Source: Octopus bimaculoides
Lineage: Eukaryota
DNA length: 64,000 nt
NCBI RefSeq assembly: GCF_001194135.2
Contig: NC_068981.1
Span: forward strand, 70,248,397 to 70,312,396
Direction: 5' to 3'
Of the stretch, positions 1-12,252 are shown piece after piece (the stretch's first letter is position 1; the number at the start of each line of letters is the position of its first letter). The position numbers were made by a program, and so were the translations under genes. The notes beneath the pieces are model-generated. The model saw only the letters and a list, made by a program, of their open reading frames with translations, did no database searches and was not told where the DNA came from.

Positions 1-1113
1 AAAGGCGCAGCAATGTCAACGGAAGTTTAACCGGGAACATAGTTTTTGTGTGTAGCATATGCACAGGGGCAATAAACAATGAAGTTGGGGGTGATTGCTC
101 TGAGAGTGTAGCGACTAGAATAAGAATAGCCTGGGCAAATTTCAGGGAGCTCCTACATCTGCTGGCAACTAAGGGCCTCTCACTCAGGATGAAAGGTACA
201 CTATAAAGCATGTGTGCAAACTGCCATGCTACACAACAGTGAAACATGGGCCATGACTGCTGAGGAAATGTGTAGGCTTGAAAGGAATGAAGCCAGTATG
301 ATCCGCTGGATGTATAATGTCAGTGTGCATACACCAGAGTTTAAGCGACCCGAGAGAAAAGTTGGACATAAGAAGCATCAAATGTGGTGTGCAAGAGAGA
401 CAACTGCGCTGGTTTGGTCATGTGTTACGTATGCATCAGGACAGCTGTGTGAGGAAGTGCCACACCCTTACAGCCAGCAAGAAATGGGATGAAGTGGTGA
501 AGCATGACCTTCGAAAATTGGGCCTCACAGAGGCAATGACAGGAGACCGAGACCTTTGGAGATATACTGTGATTGAGAAGACTCTGCAACCAAAGTGAGA
601 TTGCAGCCATGGCCGATGCCAGCGCTGCATGTCCGGCCCATTTAAGAGTACCCTAGATGCATATGATACGCATAAGAAGAACTGTTGAGTCGAGTAAGAC
701 CAAAATCGTAGCCCCCCTGACTGGCACCCGTTCCAGTGGCCCGTAAAATGCATCATCCGAACGTGTTCGATGCCAGTGTCTCCTGATTGGCTCCCATACA
801 GGTGGCACGTAAAAAGCACCATCCGAACGTGGCCGATGCCAGAACCCCCTGACGGGTTCCCGTGCCGGTGGCACGTAAAAAGCAGTATCCGAACGTGATC
901 CATGCCAGGCCCACCTGACTGTCTCTTGTGCTGGTAGCACGTAAAAAGCACCCACTACACTCTCGGGGTAGTTGGTGCTAGGAAAGGCATGCAGCTGCCG
1001 AAACATTGCCAGATCAGATTGGAACCTGGTGCAGTCGCTGTCTCTCCAGACCTCCGGCAACCCGTCGAACCTATGCCAGCATGGGAAAACGGACGTTAAT
1101 GATGATGATGATG
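1..1113 (+). mobile_element. RTE-clade LINE, 3' end (RT C-terminus, 3' UTR, (GAT)n tail), decayed
   Basis: Translations 'SESVATRIRIAWANFRELL..L..KGLSLRMKG', 'QTAMLHNSETWAM..RLERNEASMIRWM' and 'LRWFGHVLRM..KKWDEVVKHDL..LWR' match the RTE RT C-terminal region, with frameshifts. Ends in gatgatgatgatg at 1101-1113. Confidence 0.85.
735..950 (+). repeat. 66-bp tandem repeat (~3.3 diverged copies) in the RTE 3' UTR
   Basis: Motif (g)gtggcacgtaaaaagca..atccgaacgtg..cgatgccag recurs at 735, 801, 867 and 933. Confidence 0.85.
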
Positions 1114-1617
1114 TATGAGAGAGATCTAAAATTGTAATCAGCAGACAATAAGTTGATTCTGTGGGGATAAGTTGACATGCCTTCAAGAGAAACAAATATT
1201 TTAAAAAATTTCAAAATGAATAAGTGCGCTGTAAATTTCTTCTGATTTGCACTATAAAAATGTACTTACAGACCAAAACGCGCGCCGCACACACACACAC
1301 GCACGCAGACACACACACACACACTCACACACACTCACTCACACATGTTTATCTTCACATCTATATATGAATGATTAACTCTCTTACAGACACATACACG
1401 ATTATATATTAATTTAAATTACCTAACTCAGCAATAACTAATGTTCATTTAGTGCATAATACTCTTCTGTCTACTAAACATAGCCAATGACATTTTGAAA
1501 CACCACTAGGTGGGAAGTGAGTCTAACGCTATAATAAACGCTTGGCACACTTATCATAACCACGGTGAAATAGCCAGTATTTACAATAAAGTCGCTGAAA
1601 ATTTAGCTTCATAATCT

Positions 1618-2000
1618 ATTTATATATTTAGGGAATATATAAGCAAATTAAGAATAAAATCAAAGAAATTACGAGAAATTCTAATTTATATATTTAGGGA
1701 ATATATAAGCAAATTAGGAATAAAATCAAAGAAATTACGAGAAATTCTAATTTATATATTTAGGGAATATATAAGCAAATTAGGAATAAAATCAAAGAAA
1801 TTACGAGAAATTCTAATTTATATATTTAGGGAATATATAAGCAAATTAGGAATAAAATCAAAGAAATTACGAGAAATTCTAATTTATATATTTAGGGAAT
1901 ATATAAGCAAATTAGGAATAAAATCAAAGAAATTACGAGAAATTCTAATTTATATATTTAGGGAATATATAAGCAAATTAGGAATAAAATCAAAGAAATT
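1618..2000. repeat. Near-perfect AT-rich 66-bp minisatellite, ~5.8 copies
   Basis: Unit tatatatttagggaatatataagcaaattaggaataaaatcaaagaaattacgagaaattctaatt starts at 1621, 1687, 1753, 1819, 1885 and 1951; only one substitution seen (first copy). Confidence 0.97.
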
Positions 2001-2274
2001 CTATATTGTGCATGAAAACAACTAGAAGTTGTACAGGTCAAATGATGTAGATCAACACCTGATTAGCAACAGGTCAGTTGACACCACAACAGTCCGTGAG
2101 TCAGCAGCACTACAACGCCTGCCTTCGTTTCACCATCTGACCTCATTTCACCTAACCCTACCCCATTGAATAGGAATACACTAGAAGAGACTACTATCAT
2201 TACTAGAGCTTAGAATTCGCTTCAACCAAAACCCTCTACTACTGCTACTACTTCTAATACTACATTAGTGACAT

Positions 2275-2621
2275 TGATTTCAGATTTTGGTACCAGGTCA
2301 GCAAGTTCGAGGAAGGTGGTAAGTCGATTTCACTGACCCAAGTGCTCAACTAGTACTCATTTTATCAACCGTGAAGGATGAAAAGCAATGTCGGCTTCGG
2401 TGGAACTTGAAAACAGAACGTAAAGATGAAATACCGCTGAGCATTTTGCCCACAAGGGGCTAAACATGAGGGGACAAACAAGGACAGACAAAGGGATTAA
2501 AGTCGATTACATCGACCCCAGTGCGTAACTGATACTTAATTTATCGACCCCGAAAGGATGAAAGGCAAAGTTGACCTCGGCGGAATTTGAACTCAGAACG
2601 TAACGGCAGACGAAATACCGC
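2275..2621 (-). mobile_element. Two tandem copies of tRNA-derived SINE family A
   Basis: Reverse complement of the core gttctgagttcaaattccgccgagg.c.actttgcctttcatcctttcggggtcgataaattaagta.cag (B-box-like GTTCAAATTCC) appears twice, at ~2330-2420 and ~2500-2600; the second runs into an N gap. Confidence 0.8.
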
Positions 2622-3189
2622 NNNNNNNNNNNNNNNNNNNNNNNNNNNNNNNNNNNNNNNNNTCATAAAAGTTTTGCGAATCGGTTCTACGCACGAGAAT
2701 TGCTATGGTTATGCAAAAACAAAACTTTTTGCGTTTGCAGTTTAAAGGCGATTTAGCTGTTTCTTTTAGTGCATCTCACGACCACCTAACTCCTTCCTCG
2801 TTTCTTTTTCACTCTGACATGTATACATGCTTTTCCATATTTTTCTCCCCATAAACATATAATGGTCCATTGCTGAGATTTAAGCCAAAAATCCCAACTG
2901 CGATTCAAAAAACAAAAAATCGGTAAAGAGTGGAAATTTTAAAAATTATTTTTTTTAAAATTAATTCTTTTTTTTTGATAAATAATCGTATGAATTTCGG
3001 TGTGTAGAACACAAATTCGTGAAATTTTTCTGAAAATTCTAAAGATTAAAAATGCTATGACGGGTTATATGGGGTATTTAAACCAGAATTCCACCGACAA
3101 ATTTATTTCACTCCAAAAAAGCGCCGATGGTATTCTCGAGGTATCTATAAATTTGTTTTCTGTGGCAGCAACAACAAGGGCCACTTTCT

Positions 3190-6100
3190 TTATCCTCCCT
3201 CATGCAGGCACTTGTCTACATGGTATAACGGGAAAAGACTGCTTCCACATTCACACCAAATACTGCCCCAAAGTACAGAGATCGTGTCGCTGACCCTAAA
3301 TATGGATGCACAAAAGAGAATAGGTGTGCCTCCTTCCATCCTAAACTGCTGAAATGCTCTGCTTATTAGGATATACCTGAACCTGGAATGCAACTACCTT
3401 CATCTGAAATACAAAAAAAAAGAAGAAGAATGTAAAATAAAGAGTAAAGCAGAGATGCAATAAAAACAAAGCACAACAACATTCCATCGCCTAACACTGA
3501 CCAACGAAGAATCCCATCCATCAGAAGAAATTATTAGAAAACCACATCAAATATAATAAACAAGCACAACATATCACCTGATTTAACTAACCAAGAGAAA
3601 ATTCTTTTTTACTGACTTACCTGGACCATATGAAAACCGATCTAAGCCTGGTGATTCAACTGGCTGACAACAGCAGTACATCCAAAAGTTAAGGAATACT
3701 CACCAGGAAGTAGAACATCACTTCTCACATACAGCTCCGTATAAAAACCACCCCCAATACTGCCACTGAACAAGGCCCTTAGTACTATACAAACAACAAC
3801 TAATCTTCGCTACGACAGAAGATTCCATAGAGAGTTGGCATGCTGGTATAACACACTGCATCCCTCTAATCATCCTAACGGAAACCCACCGGAACGAGTC
3901 TCACATAGATGTCGAACTGAAAATTTAAAAAATTCCCTATCATGCACGCAAATCGCACTAGCCAAATTAAAGGTGGAGTAGTCATTTTTTCTCTTGATTC
4001 TCAAGCCTTGGATGCCAAGGTCATATTTTTCAATGGTTACTGTGATTCCATATAAATGTTCAACAAAATTAAATTACATAACCGTTGTCAGGCTCTATAG
4101 ACCTCCTCAAGCTCCTGTACAGTGCTTTGAAGAGTTTCACAACAAAGACCTTTCACCAAATGTATAAATCTAGGAACATATTAATGATAGTCTATTTTAA
4201 CATGTAAACTGGCCTAGAAATACCTTGTAGCTAGGTAACTCAACCACACCAGACAAAACAGCAGCAGAATTACTAATTTAATGAATGAATTTTTATTAAC
4301 CTGATTTTTCAGCTTGACCCAACACGACATGATCAAACTCTCCTAGACCTGATATTAACAAACCACTCTAGCTCCATCCATAGCATTTCAGATGATTCTC
4401 TTTGACCACGACATGGTACTTTGCAAACTTAGTTTCCAGCATATCAAAGCCAAAATAATCACCATCATTCCAGTGCAGCCATTCGATACCATCAATCATC
4501 ACAACAAAGCAATTAGAAAATATTTGCCCCTTATCGACTGATACTCCACTCACAAGTCGCCTGATATTACAACGACATGACAGCACGCTGAGGACATTGT
4601 CACATACAAATCCTCAAAAGACGTTCCAACGAAACTCACAAGCATGGACAGAAATATGATCCCAAAAGTGAAAAAGAACACGCATCGGGAGAATCAAAAG
4701 ATTCAATATAAAAAAAATCAAGGAATTAAAATGCTACCACCAACAGCGTCAACATTCAGCAATAATGATAATGCTGGAATTGAAAATTATCATCAACAGA
4801 TAAGCATGAAAACCAACTTCCATAATAATCAAAGAGCTGAAGAGGGAATCTGAGTAATAAAAAAAAATGAAGATAGAACCTAAAGGTGTTCTACCCACTT
4901 CCCAACAAGTAATGGTCCACTGATAGACGATCATAGCTCTGCAGAAACTTTATTGCTCTATCTTTAGTGAACCCACTGATATCGACGCAAAGGATCTGAA
5001 CGAAATCAATCTCTAGCCTCTTGTTTCTGACATAACTTACTGCTTCAGGCATCAGAGCGGCAATTAAAGAAATCAAGTAGGCCCTGAGAGATTCTCCGCT
5101 AAATTCCTGAAGCAGGCAACTTGCAAGCCCTCTAAAAAATTTCTGGAGAAACTCTTTAGAATGTATATTCTGCTCCAATCTATCATTCAGATCTTCAAAA
5201 AAGGAAACATGTCTCTTCTAGTTAACTATCGCACATTCTCACTCACTTCCTATATCATCAAAGTGCTTAAAAAGGTGGTGAGATCAGACATAACTGGCTT
5301 TCTGGAGATACACAATCTGCTAGATTTCAACCAGTATGGCTTTCGCTGCGTCAGGAACATCCTAATACAGCTTTTATATCACACCGATGATGTCTCGATG
5401 TCCTTAAAGCTTTGAGATCAGGTCGTAACTCTAATGTCATATATCTCGACTTCAGCAAAGCGTTCGAAAGAATCGACAACAATACACTCCTAATAAAACA
5501 GTCCAGTATTGGAATTTGTGCTAAACTGTTGCACTGGATTAAGTATTTCCTGATGAGCAGGACCAGGTCCGGTAAGTTCACTGTCATGAATTAACCGCGG
5601 AATGTTCACTAATTGCACGTTTAGATCTCCATTACTTTGACTTTTTTTCTCTTTTTTCAATAAAATTGTTTTTAACTCTTAATGGTGAGGTATTATGGAT
5701 ACATTGGATACATTTTCTCTGTAAACCTATCTTGCAGTGAACTTTCCACACGGTGAACTTTCTTCATGGTGAATTGACAGCAGTGAACTCTCCTGCGATG
5801 AATTGATGATGAACTTTCCTGCGATGAATTGATAGCGAGTAACTCTCTTACGATGATCTGATGGCGGTGAACTCTTCTACAAGGAATTGATGGCAGTGAA
5901 CTTACCATTAATCGAGCAGAACACAACTGGTTACGATCGGTTGAATGCCATCAAGCCCAGCAAAAGTTACCAATGGTGTCCTCCAGGCTATTGCTTTGGG
6001 CTCGCTTCTCTTTATAGTCTATATGAACGGCATCTAAAATGCCACTAAACACAGCAAAATAAAAATATTCGGAGATGACTCCAAGTTTCAGAAAATTATC

Positions 6101-6960
6101 ATTGGAAAAGAAAACCCAACCGGACTCCAGTCTGATTTGCATGCTGTAAACCAAAAGTCGGACAAAATAATGCGATTAAAAGAGGGTAAATTTAAACACA
6201 TACATTCTGTAAAAAAGGATGTGTTCATACACAAAACAACTATATTCCCGTCTTTCCGAGCGACTACTCATAGCATCCACGTAATTGGAGGTAATTGTTG
6301 ACAACAACCTCGGCTGGAGTGCTCATATCAAACATAAAGTCGATATGCCTCGGAGGATGAGCTCCTGGATTTTCAAAATTTTCCGGTTCAAAAAGCAAGA
6401 TGTCATCATTCCCCTTTTCTTCTTTGTATAATCACCCTAGAATATTGCGGACCTCTGTGGTCTCCCCACACCAAGCAAAACATTATGAGAATTGAGTCAC
6501 CCCAGAGAGCAATCACTAAAAAATGAAGAGCACCACTGTTCTTGATTATACGGATCACCTTAAAATTTATTCTATCCAGAGATACCGTGAGGGCTACATA
6601 ATTTGTACAATATAGAGAGTATACACCAGCGTTACCCAAACCACCTTAACATGAGGTTCAGATTTCATCAAAAGCTGGGGCCATGTGCCATATACCACGT
6701 ACACAATTCCGGCTCACAGCATATAAATTTCCTACAACACAATTCCTGTCCCTCTACAGGCCCTGTTCCATTAAACAGTATCCCAAAACAAATCAAAGAA
6801 TAAAAATGATCCAATCTCGTTCAAAACAAATCTGGGCAAATTTTCTCAAGGGATACCAGATAATTCACCTATACCTGGAAAGATATCATTGAACAACTCT
6901 CTGATTGAATGAAGCATGGCATCACCAAACTTGATTTTAAAATAGCTTAACAGATATTAG
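3190..6960 (+). mobile_element. CR1-type LINE, near full length, heavily decayed (ORF1 CCCH fingers, APE endonuclease, RT)
   Basis: ORF1 'GTCLHGITGKDCFHIH..YC', 'GCTKENRCASFHPKL', 'LECNYLHLK' (3200-3410); APE 'ILTETH', 'LYRPP', 'DHDMVLCKL' (3870-4430); RT 'NYRTFSLTS..KV', 'NQYGFR', 'VIYLDFSKAF' (5170-5560), 'NGVLQ..LGSLLFIVYMN', 'IFGDDSK' (5915-6090). Many stops and frameshifts; ends approximate. Confidence 0.85.
5564..5913. mobile_element. 350-bp non-autonomous DNA transposon (MITE, Mutator-like 9-bp TSD) inserted in the CR1 RT
   Basis: Inverted repeats ggtaagttcactgtcatgaatt (5571-5592) and aattgatggcagtgaacttacc (5885-5906), 2 mismatches; flanking gagcaggac (5555-5563) and gagcagaac (5914-5922); subterminal repeats of gtgaact..../gatgaattgat; the RT frame resumes after removal. 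Confidence 0.85.
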
Positions 6961-7051
6961 CAAGTGAGTTACACATGGCTTAGGCCAAACTGTGGCCGAA
7001 ATAAGTTTGTGTGTGTGAGTGTCTGTGTGTGTTTGTGTGTGTGTGTGCGTG

Positions 7052-7093
<42 letters not shown>

Positions 7094-7409
7094 TGTGTAC
7101 CGAAAGCTCTCACACACTAGGAAAAAATGTCTTCCTAAATGAGGTTAGTAACATCTTAAAGATCTTATAAATTTTTCTTTTTTGGAAACTTATCATTTTT
7201 AAAAATCTCCTTTACACTCGAAAACTGTACTAAGTAATTCTCATAGACTTTGGAATTTTATNNNNNNNNNNNNNNNNNNNNNNNNNNNNNNNNNNNNNNN
7301 NNNNNNNNNNNNNNNNNNNNNNNNNNNNNNNNNNNNNNNNNNNNNNNNNNNNNNNNNNNNNNNNNNNNNNNNNNNNNNNNNNNNNNNNNNNNNNNNNNNN
7401 NNNNNNNNN

Positions 7410-7450
<41 letters not shown>

Positions 7451-7947
7451 GTCTATGTTGTATTCTGGCAATTGAACCTATTTACTAACACCATCACCAC
7501 CGACGTCATCACTGCCAACTTCATCATCTTCTGTTGCCTTCACTACTGTTTATACCACTATCTTCACTTGCATGAATGAATGGCTGCCACATCAGTCCAA
7601 CAACGCTTCTGCTACATTACACCCATCTCTCAATCTACCTACTCCCTCAACACTTTTTTCAGAATTAAAAAGAAAATCAATCGACTCTAGAAAATCCATA
7701 AACACATAATTGCTCTACACTCCACAAACACACAAATAAAATAGACTCTCAAAATCTATTGCTGCTTCCTACTCGAGAGAGCATGCTTACAACGTGATTG
7801 TTCTTTCTCCTATCCCCTCGGTAATAGACGCACACTCGAGAAACATAATGCAAACCGAAAATCAATACCAAAGTACCAGTAAAAATTATGATGATAAGTA
7901 TCACCCCAATGTATATAATCCAATCAAATCTACTTTACATCCAAAGT

Positions 7948-8466
7948 GCATGAAACGCTACTACTGCAGTGATGCCACCCCGCTGCTACATCTATCCGCT
8001 ATACTGTTTCGATCAGTTCACTTGTCAGGAAACACACACAAAAAATGGAGTAGCAATCAAAGGGAACACTCATGAACGTGTCAGACAGGTCAATTACATC
8101 ACAATGAGTCCCGATGCGAACCGACCACTATCCAAGCAAACCTTTGTTTGCCAAAGTGAATGTCGCGCAGATCTCGGAATTATGCAACCATTACAGTAAC
8201 GCCAGGGCAAGACGTACTCCCGTATATTTTGTGAGATCTGCGCAACATTCAGTTTGGCAAAGTAAGGCTTGTTTGGATAATGGTCAGTTCGCATTGAGAC
8301 TCGTTGTGACTGTAATTGAACTCTCTGACAAGTTCATGAGTGTTCCCTTTGATTGCTGCTTCTTTTTCTCCTTCTGCGTTTCGTGATGAGTGAACTGATC
8401 GAACAAGTATAGCTGATGCCTGTAGTAGCGTGGTGGTACCTCTGTAGTAGTAGTAGTGTTTCATGC
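7948..8466. repeat. Foldback / long imperfect inverted repeat (arms ~7948-8175 and ~8233-8466)
   Basis: Left arm gcatgaaacgctactac...gatcagttcac...gggaacactcatgaac...gcagatctc mirrors right arm gagatctgc...gttcatgagtgttccc...gtgaactgatc...gtagtagtgtttcatgc. The ORF track gives near-identical peptides (MRTDHYP.KP.FAK.NVAQIS) on opposite strands. Confidence 0.9.
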
Positions 8467-8759
8467 TCTTGGGAAGTTCAGCTGCAGCGGTCCTTGAATC
8501 GACACAAAGATACGGCACCTCAACAACTCTGCCGGTTTATAAATACACAAAAATGGAAATTCCATAGAGTGATACCATGGTTGCCTATCAGCCAAACCCA
8601 ATACTTTTTATAATAAGTAATCCTACATCAACAGCTTTTAATCTGACGTGAAAGAATTTTTACTACCATTCTTGGGTATTGCGTAAGATAAGTGAGGTTT
8701 TACAATTTTTGCCCCCAATCACATCAATGCTGATATTTAAAGGCGTCCTTAACAATGGC

Positions 8760-9070
8760 TATTTCAAGTCAGTGTCCATCTTCAGCAAAGCTAATGACCC
8801 ATGAATATTTGGGTTTTATAAGATCTCCGAAAGTATGTTTAACCAGGTTTCAAGATTCCCTCCAAAAAGTTAGACGTTTTATCCAACAGTGCAACTCAAG
8901 TAGCATATTAATGATGGGCAATTTCAACCTTCCCTTCCTGGATTGGTCTTAGAGAACTGAACCAAGCATTAGCATCACAGCACTAGACAAATCAGCAGCA
9001 GAGACATATTTAAAATTCATGAATGTGCATCTTGTTAAATTTATTCCAGCCACTTGACATTCTGAAATTT
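8760..9070 (+). mobile_element. CR1-type APE endonuclease fragment
   Basis: 'RSPKVCLTRFQDSLQKVRRFIQQCNSSSILMMGNFNLPFLDW' matches the RxP...GDFNxPxIDW region of CR1 APE domains. Confidence 0.7.
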
Positions 9071-9414
9071 ACACCAGATTGTTTTTAATGTATCCATGAT
9101 GCGTGTTGCATACTGGTGACGAAAACTGCATTCATTTCTTCTCGAGAAATTAAAAAAAAAAAGTTGCGAGCATTTAAACCTCTGTAATTTTTATCAAATT
9201 GATTGTTTTTCCCCATGGGAGCAGCACTCACACAACACCTTTACGTGGTCTGTCGACCTGCTTAAAGGAGCAGCCAAATCTTCCTTAAGGTATACATAAC
9301 GTCTCAGAAAACAAAAATGATGACACATAGTGCGTTTGATAAGTCCTGATTTCATTAAGGGCTATTCAGGTCAGTAGTGACCTGAGGTCGTCTAGCAGAT
9401 GACTTTCAAGCCAC

Positions 9415-9628
9415 AAGGTACGAATTGCTTAGTTCACTGGTACCGTAGTACATCTCCAGTGATAGAAGCTGTACAAAGACAATAATAAGAAGACGAATAA
9501 TAATAATAATCATAATCATAATAATAATAATGATAATAATAATAATAACAACAACAACAACAACGACGACGACGACGATGACAACGACGACGATGATGGT
9601 GATGATGATGATGATGAGGATGATGATG

Positions 9629-9670
<42 letters not shown>

Positions 9671-9718
9671 ATGAGGATGATGATGATGATTATGATGATG
9701 ATGATGATTATGAGGAGG

Positions 9719-9768
<50 letters not shown>

Positions 9769-9778
9769 AATAATAATA
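9415..9778 (+). repeat. Short Dong-like 3' end ('X' type) followed by a compound triplet microsatellite (TAA/CAA/CGA/TGA)
   Basis: gtacatctccagtgatagaagctgtacaaaga at ~9447-9479 matches gtacatctccagcgttagaagctgtgcaaaga at ~23403-23434; both are followed by (TAA)n. Confidence 0.7.
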
Positions 9779-10766
9779 AAGTACAAAAAGGACATGAATA
9801 AAAAGTACACAAGGGACTATACAATGAATTCCATGTAGCCACAACAGAAGTTGCTGGAAAAAGTAGGTGCGATTGATTGATGAAAGGAATACTATAAATA
9901 GAGACCAAAAGTACTATACTCGTAGCGCAAGACCAAGCTTTGGCCACAAACTGGAGGGTCAACCTTAGGAATGTGCAAGTGTCTCCGCTGTGCTGCATCT
10001 GCAATAGAGTAGACCATTACCTATATCACGAGCGAATGCCTTAGACTTGCCTAAAACAGCAAGCTGTGGCAACACGACCATGTAGCGAAAGTGCTACATT
10101 GGAAACTGTGCGAAAAGTGGGGGCTAGAGAGAATCAAGACGTGGTATGAGCAGAAATCTCAGAGAATGGTGGAGTAGGAGACTACCAAAATCCTCTGGGA
10201 TTTCCTAATCCAAACAGATCAGGTGCTAGAGCATAAGAGACTGGAACTCGTTGTGCTGGACAAGGTACATCACATATGATATATATATTTGATTGCTAAC
10301 CGACTTGAAACATTCTTTAAAGAAAGAGAGGAAAATAGCTGTAGACTAATGCATGCAAGTGTTCCCACTGATAAAAATACATTTGTAAAAGGATTTGATA
10401 AATTAAGTAAATATAAGGACCTGGAAATTGAAATACAAAGCATTTAAAGCGAGAACTGTTCCTGTTACTGTGGGTACCCTAGATATGATAGGAAAAGGGT
10501 GTCAGAAACATCTAGTTAATATCCCAGGAGAACCATGTCTCACAGAAATCCAAAAGACTGTGCTCCCAGGTATTACCTACATCCTTAGAAAAGTCCTATC
10601 AATCTAAATGTCTGTGTTGTATTACATGAAGATATTTCGCTATTGCCCCTGCCATTTCTCCTCCCTAAGCTTTCATACATACTGTAAGATCTTTTATCAT
10701 TCATTTGCCCAAGGACTCTGAGTGTGTCTCGGCGAGTGATTGTAACATACATGCAAATTATAAGTA

Positions 10767-10832
<66 letters not shown>
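9776..10832 (+). mobile_element. R4/Dong-type LINE 3' fragment (CCHC knuckle, restriction-like endonuclease, 3' UTR, (TAA)n tail)
   Basis: 'ETKSTILVAQDQAL', 'SPLCCIC', 'ITSECLRLA', 'HDHVAKVLHWKLC', 'KILWDFLIQTD..EHKRLELVVLDK', 'SVPTDKN..KYKDLEIEI', 'TVPVTVGTL', 'ILRKVLSI*'; (TAA)n at ~10771-10832. Confidence 0.85.
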
Positions 10833-10834
<2 letters not shown>

Positions 10835-11432
10835 TATTTTGTCAATTAAACACTGAGGGTTCGAGAGGAAATGGAAAATAATACGAACATTTAATTTTGC
10901 TTTGAGATGAATGAAAGAACGACAATATTCTTGAGAAATAGGAGATAAATTGCTAGATTGACGAAAGGCGGGCAAAGCCGAGAGTGAAAAGCGGTTAATA
11001 TATTATGTGAAAGGGATGAGTACTAAGGTTTTGTTATGTACCATCTCATGTTACACCTTACATGAGAAAATGCAATTACTTTCATGTGTGTCTTTAGCTG
11101 CAATGGAATAAATTAAAAACACTGATTGTCAGAGTAAAGTTTCAATGTTAGTTTAAGCATATAGGTATCTGAGTGATCACCGAGCACCAATCGATGAACA
11201 TTCAGATGTATCACTGTTAATAATTGCATTTATAACAAACAGTCGATGCTAACAGTTTCAAAGATGAACCGTATGTAAATATAAATTAATTAATAGATCG
11301 ACCAATGAATAATTAATCAATCAATTAAGTAAATCAAACCAAATATCAAAACAGAGGGAGTTTTCATACAGTGATCATTATTACGTTCTTAATGCACACT
11401 GTTGTTTAACGTTCAGTATAGATCAAACAGTT

Positions 11433-11735
11433 GAGGATGCATGGCGTAATGCGTTGAGTGTGCACTCATGACCAGGAGATCACGATTTCAATTCCTGGAG
11501 TGGTGGTGAGTTGTATTCTTTAGCAAAACAATCCATCTCGTGTTGCTCTGCAATCACTTCGGAAGCTGATATGCGGTACGCTGTGCATCTCCTCAGGTAA
11601 CAGTGACCTGGTGGATGGATGGTTGTACAGCACATATGATCTATATAAATGAATCATTTCGCAGCGTGTTCGGCAAGAAATTACAAAAATGTCTTTCTTG
11701 AAGTAGGAGAGACTACCATCATTCATTCATTCATT
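11433..11735 (+). mobile_element. Degenerate tRNA-derived SINE family C
   Basis: A-box-like tggcgtaatgcg, B-box-like gatttcaattcc, then ttgtattctttagcaaaaca; (ATTC)n tail at ~11720-11735; the head is homologous to the minus-strand copy at 63864-63973. Confidence 0.55.
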
Positions 11736-12194
11736 TATTTATAGCTCAATCAAAATAAATCAACATTCAAAATCAGTAAATTAAGAATTATGCATTCGAA
11801 ATGAAATTTAAATTTAAAGACGCAGAAATTTTCCGTTGACACAAAATATTATGGATATATGGATTATTAAATGTTTAATGAACTATTATACAAGTAAAAC
11901 ACCATCTTAGTTTCAATATTCACTATTTAAGAGAACATTTTCGAGAAATTAAAACCAATTCCACATGCTTACAACATGTCATGCGTTAAAAATGCACAAT
12001 GTTTAAAACATTAAAACAGATTCATTAAATAATAATAGTAAAAAACAAATGGATAACCATTTTTACAATTACCCACATGTATATATATATATGTGTGTGT
12101 GTGTGTCTGTGTGTCTGTGTGTATGCGTGCGTGTGTGTGTGTGAGCATGTTTGGGTGTGAGTTTGTGTGTTTCATATGTGTACGTATGCATATG

Positions 12195-12252
<58 letters not shown>

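Noticed and set aside
436-1195. 171-aa and 180-aa minus-strand ORFs with 22-aa repeats
   Set aside because: Antisense read-through of the 66-bp tandem array in the RTE 3' UTR.
1618-2000. CRISPR-like regular repeat
   Set aside because: Units are contiguous with no unique spacers, and the context is eukaryotic.
3377-3430. Strong minus-strand splice acceptor and a 27-nt micro-exon
   Set aside because: It lies inside the CR1 ORF1 remnant; the T tract is simply the A-rich LINE sense strand.
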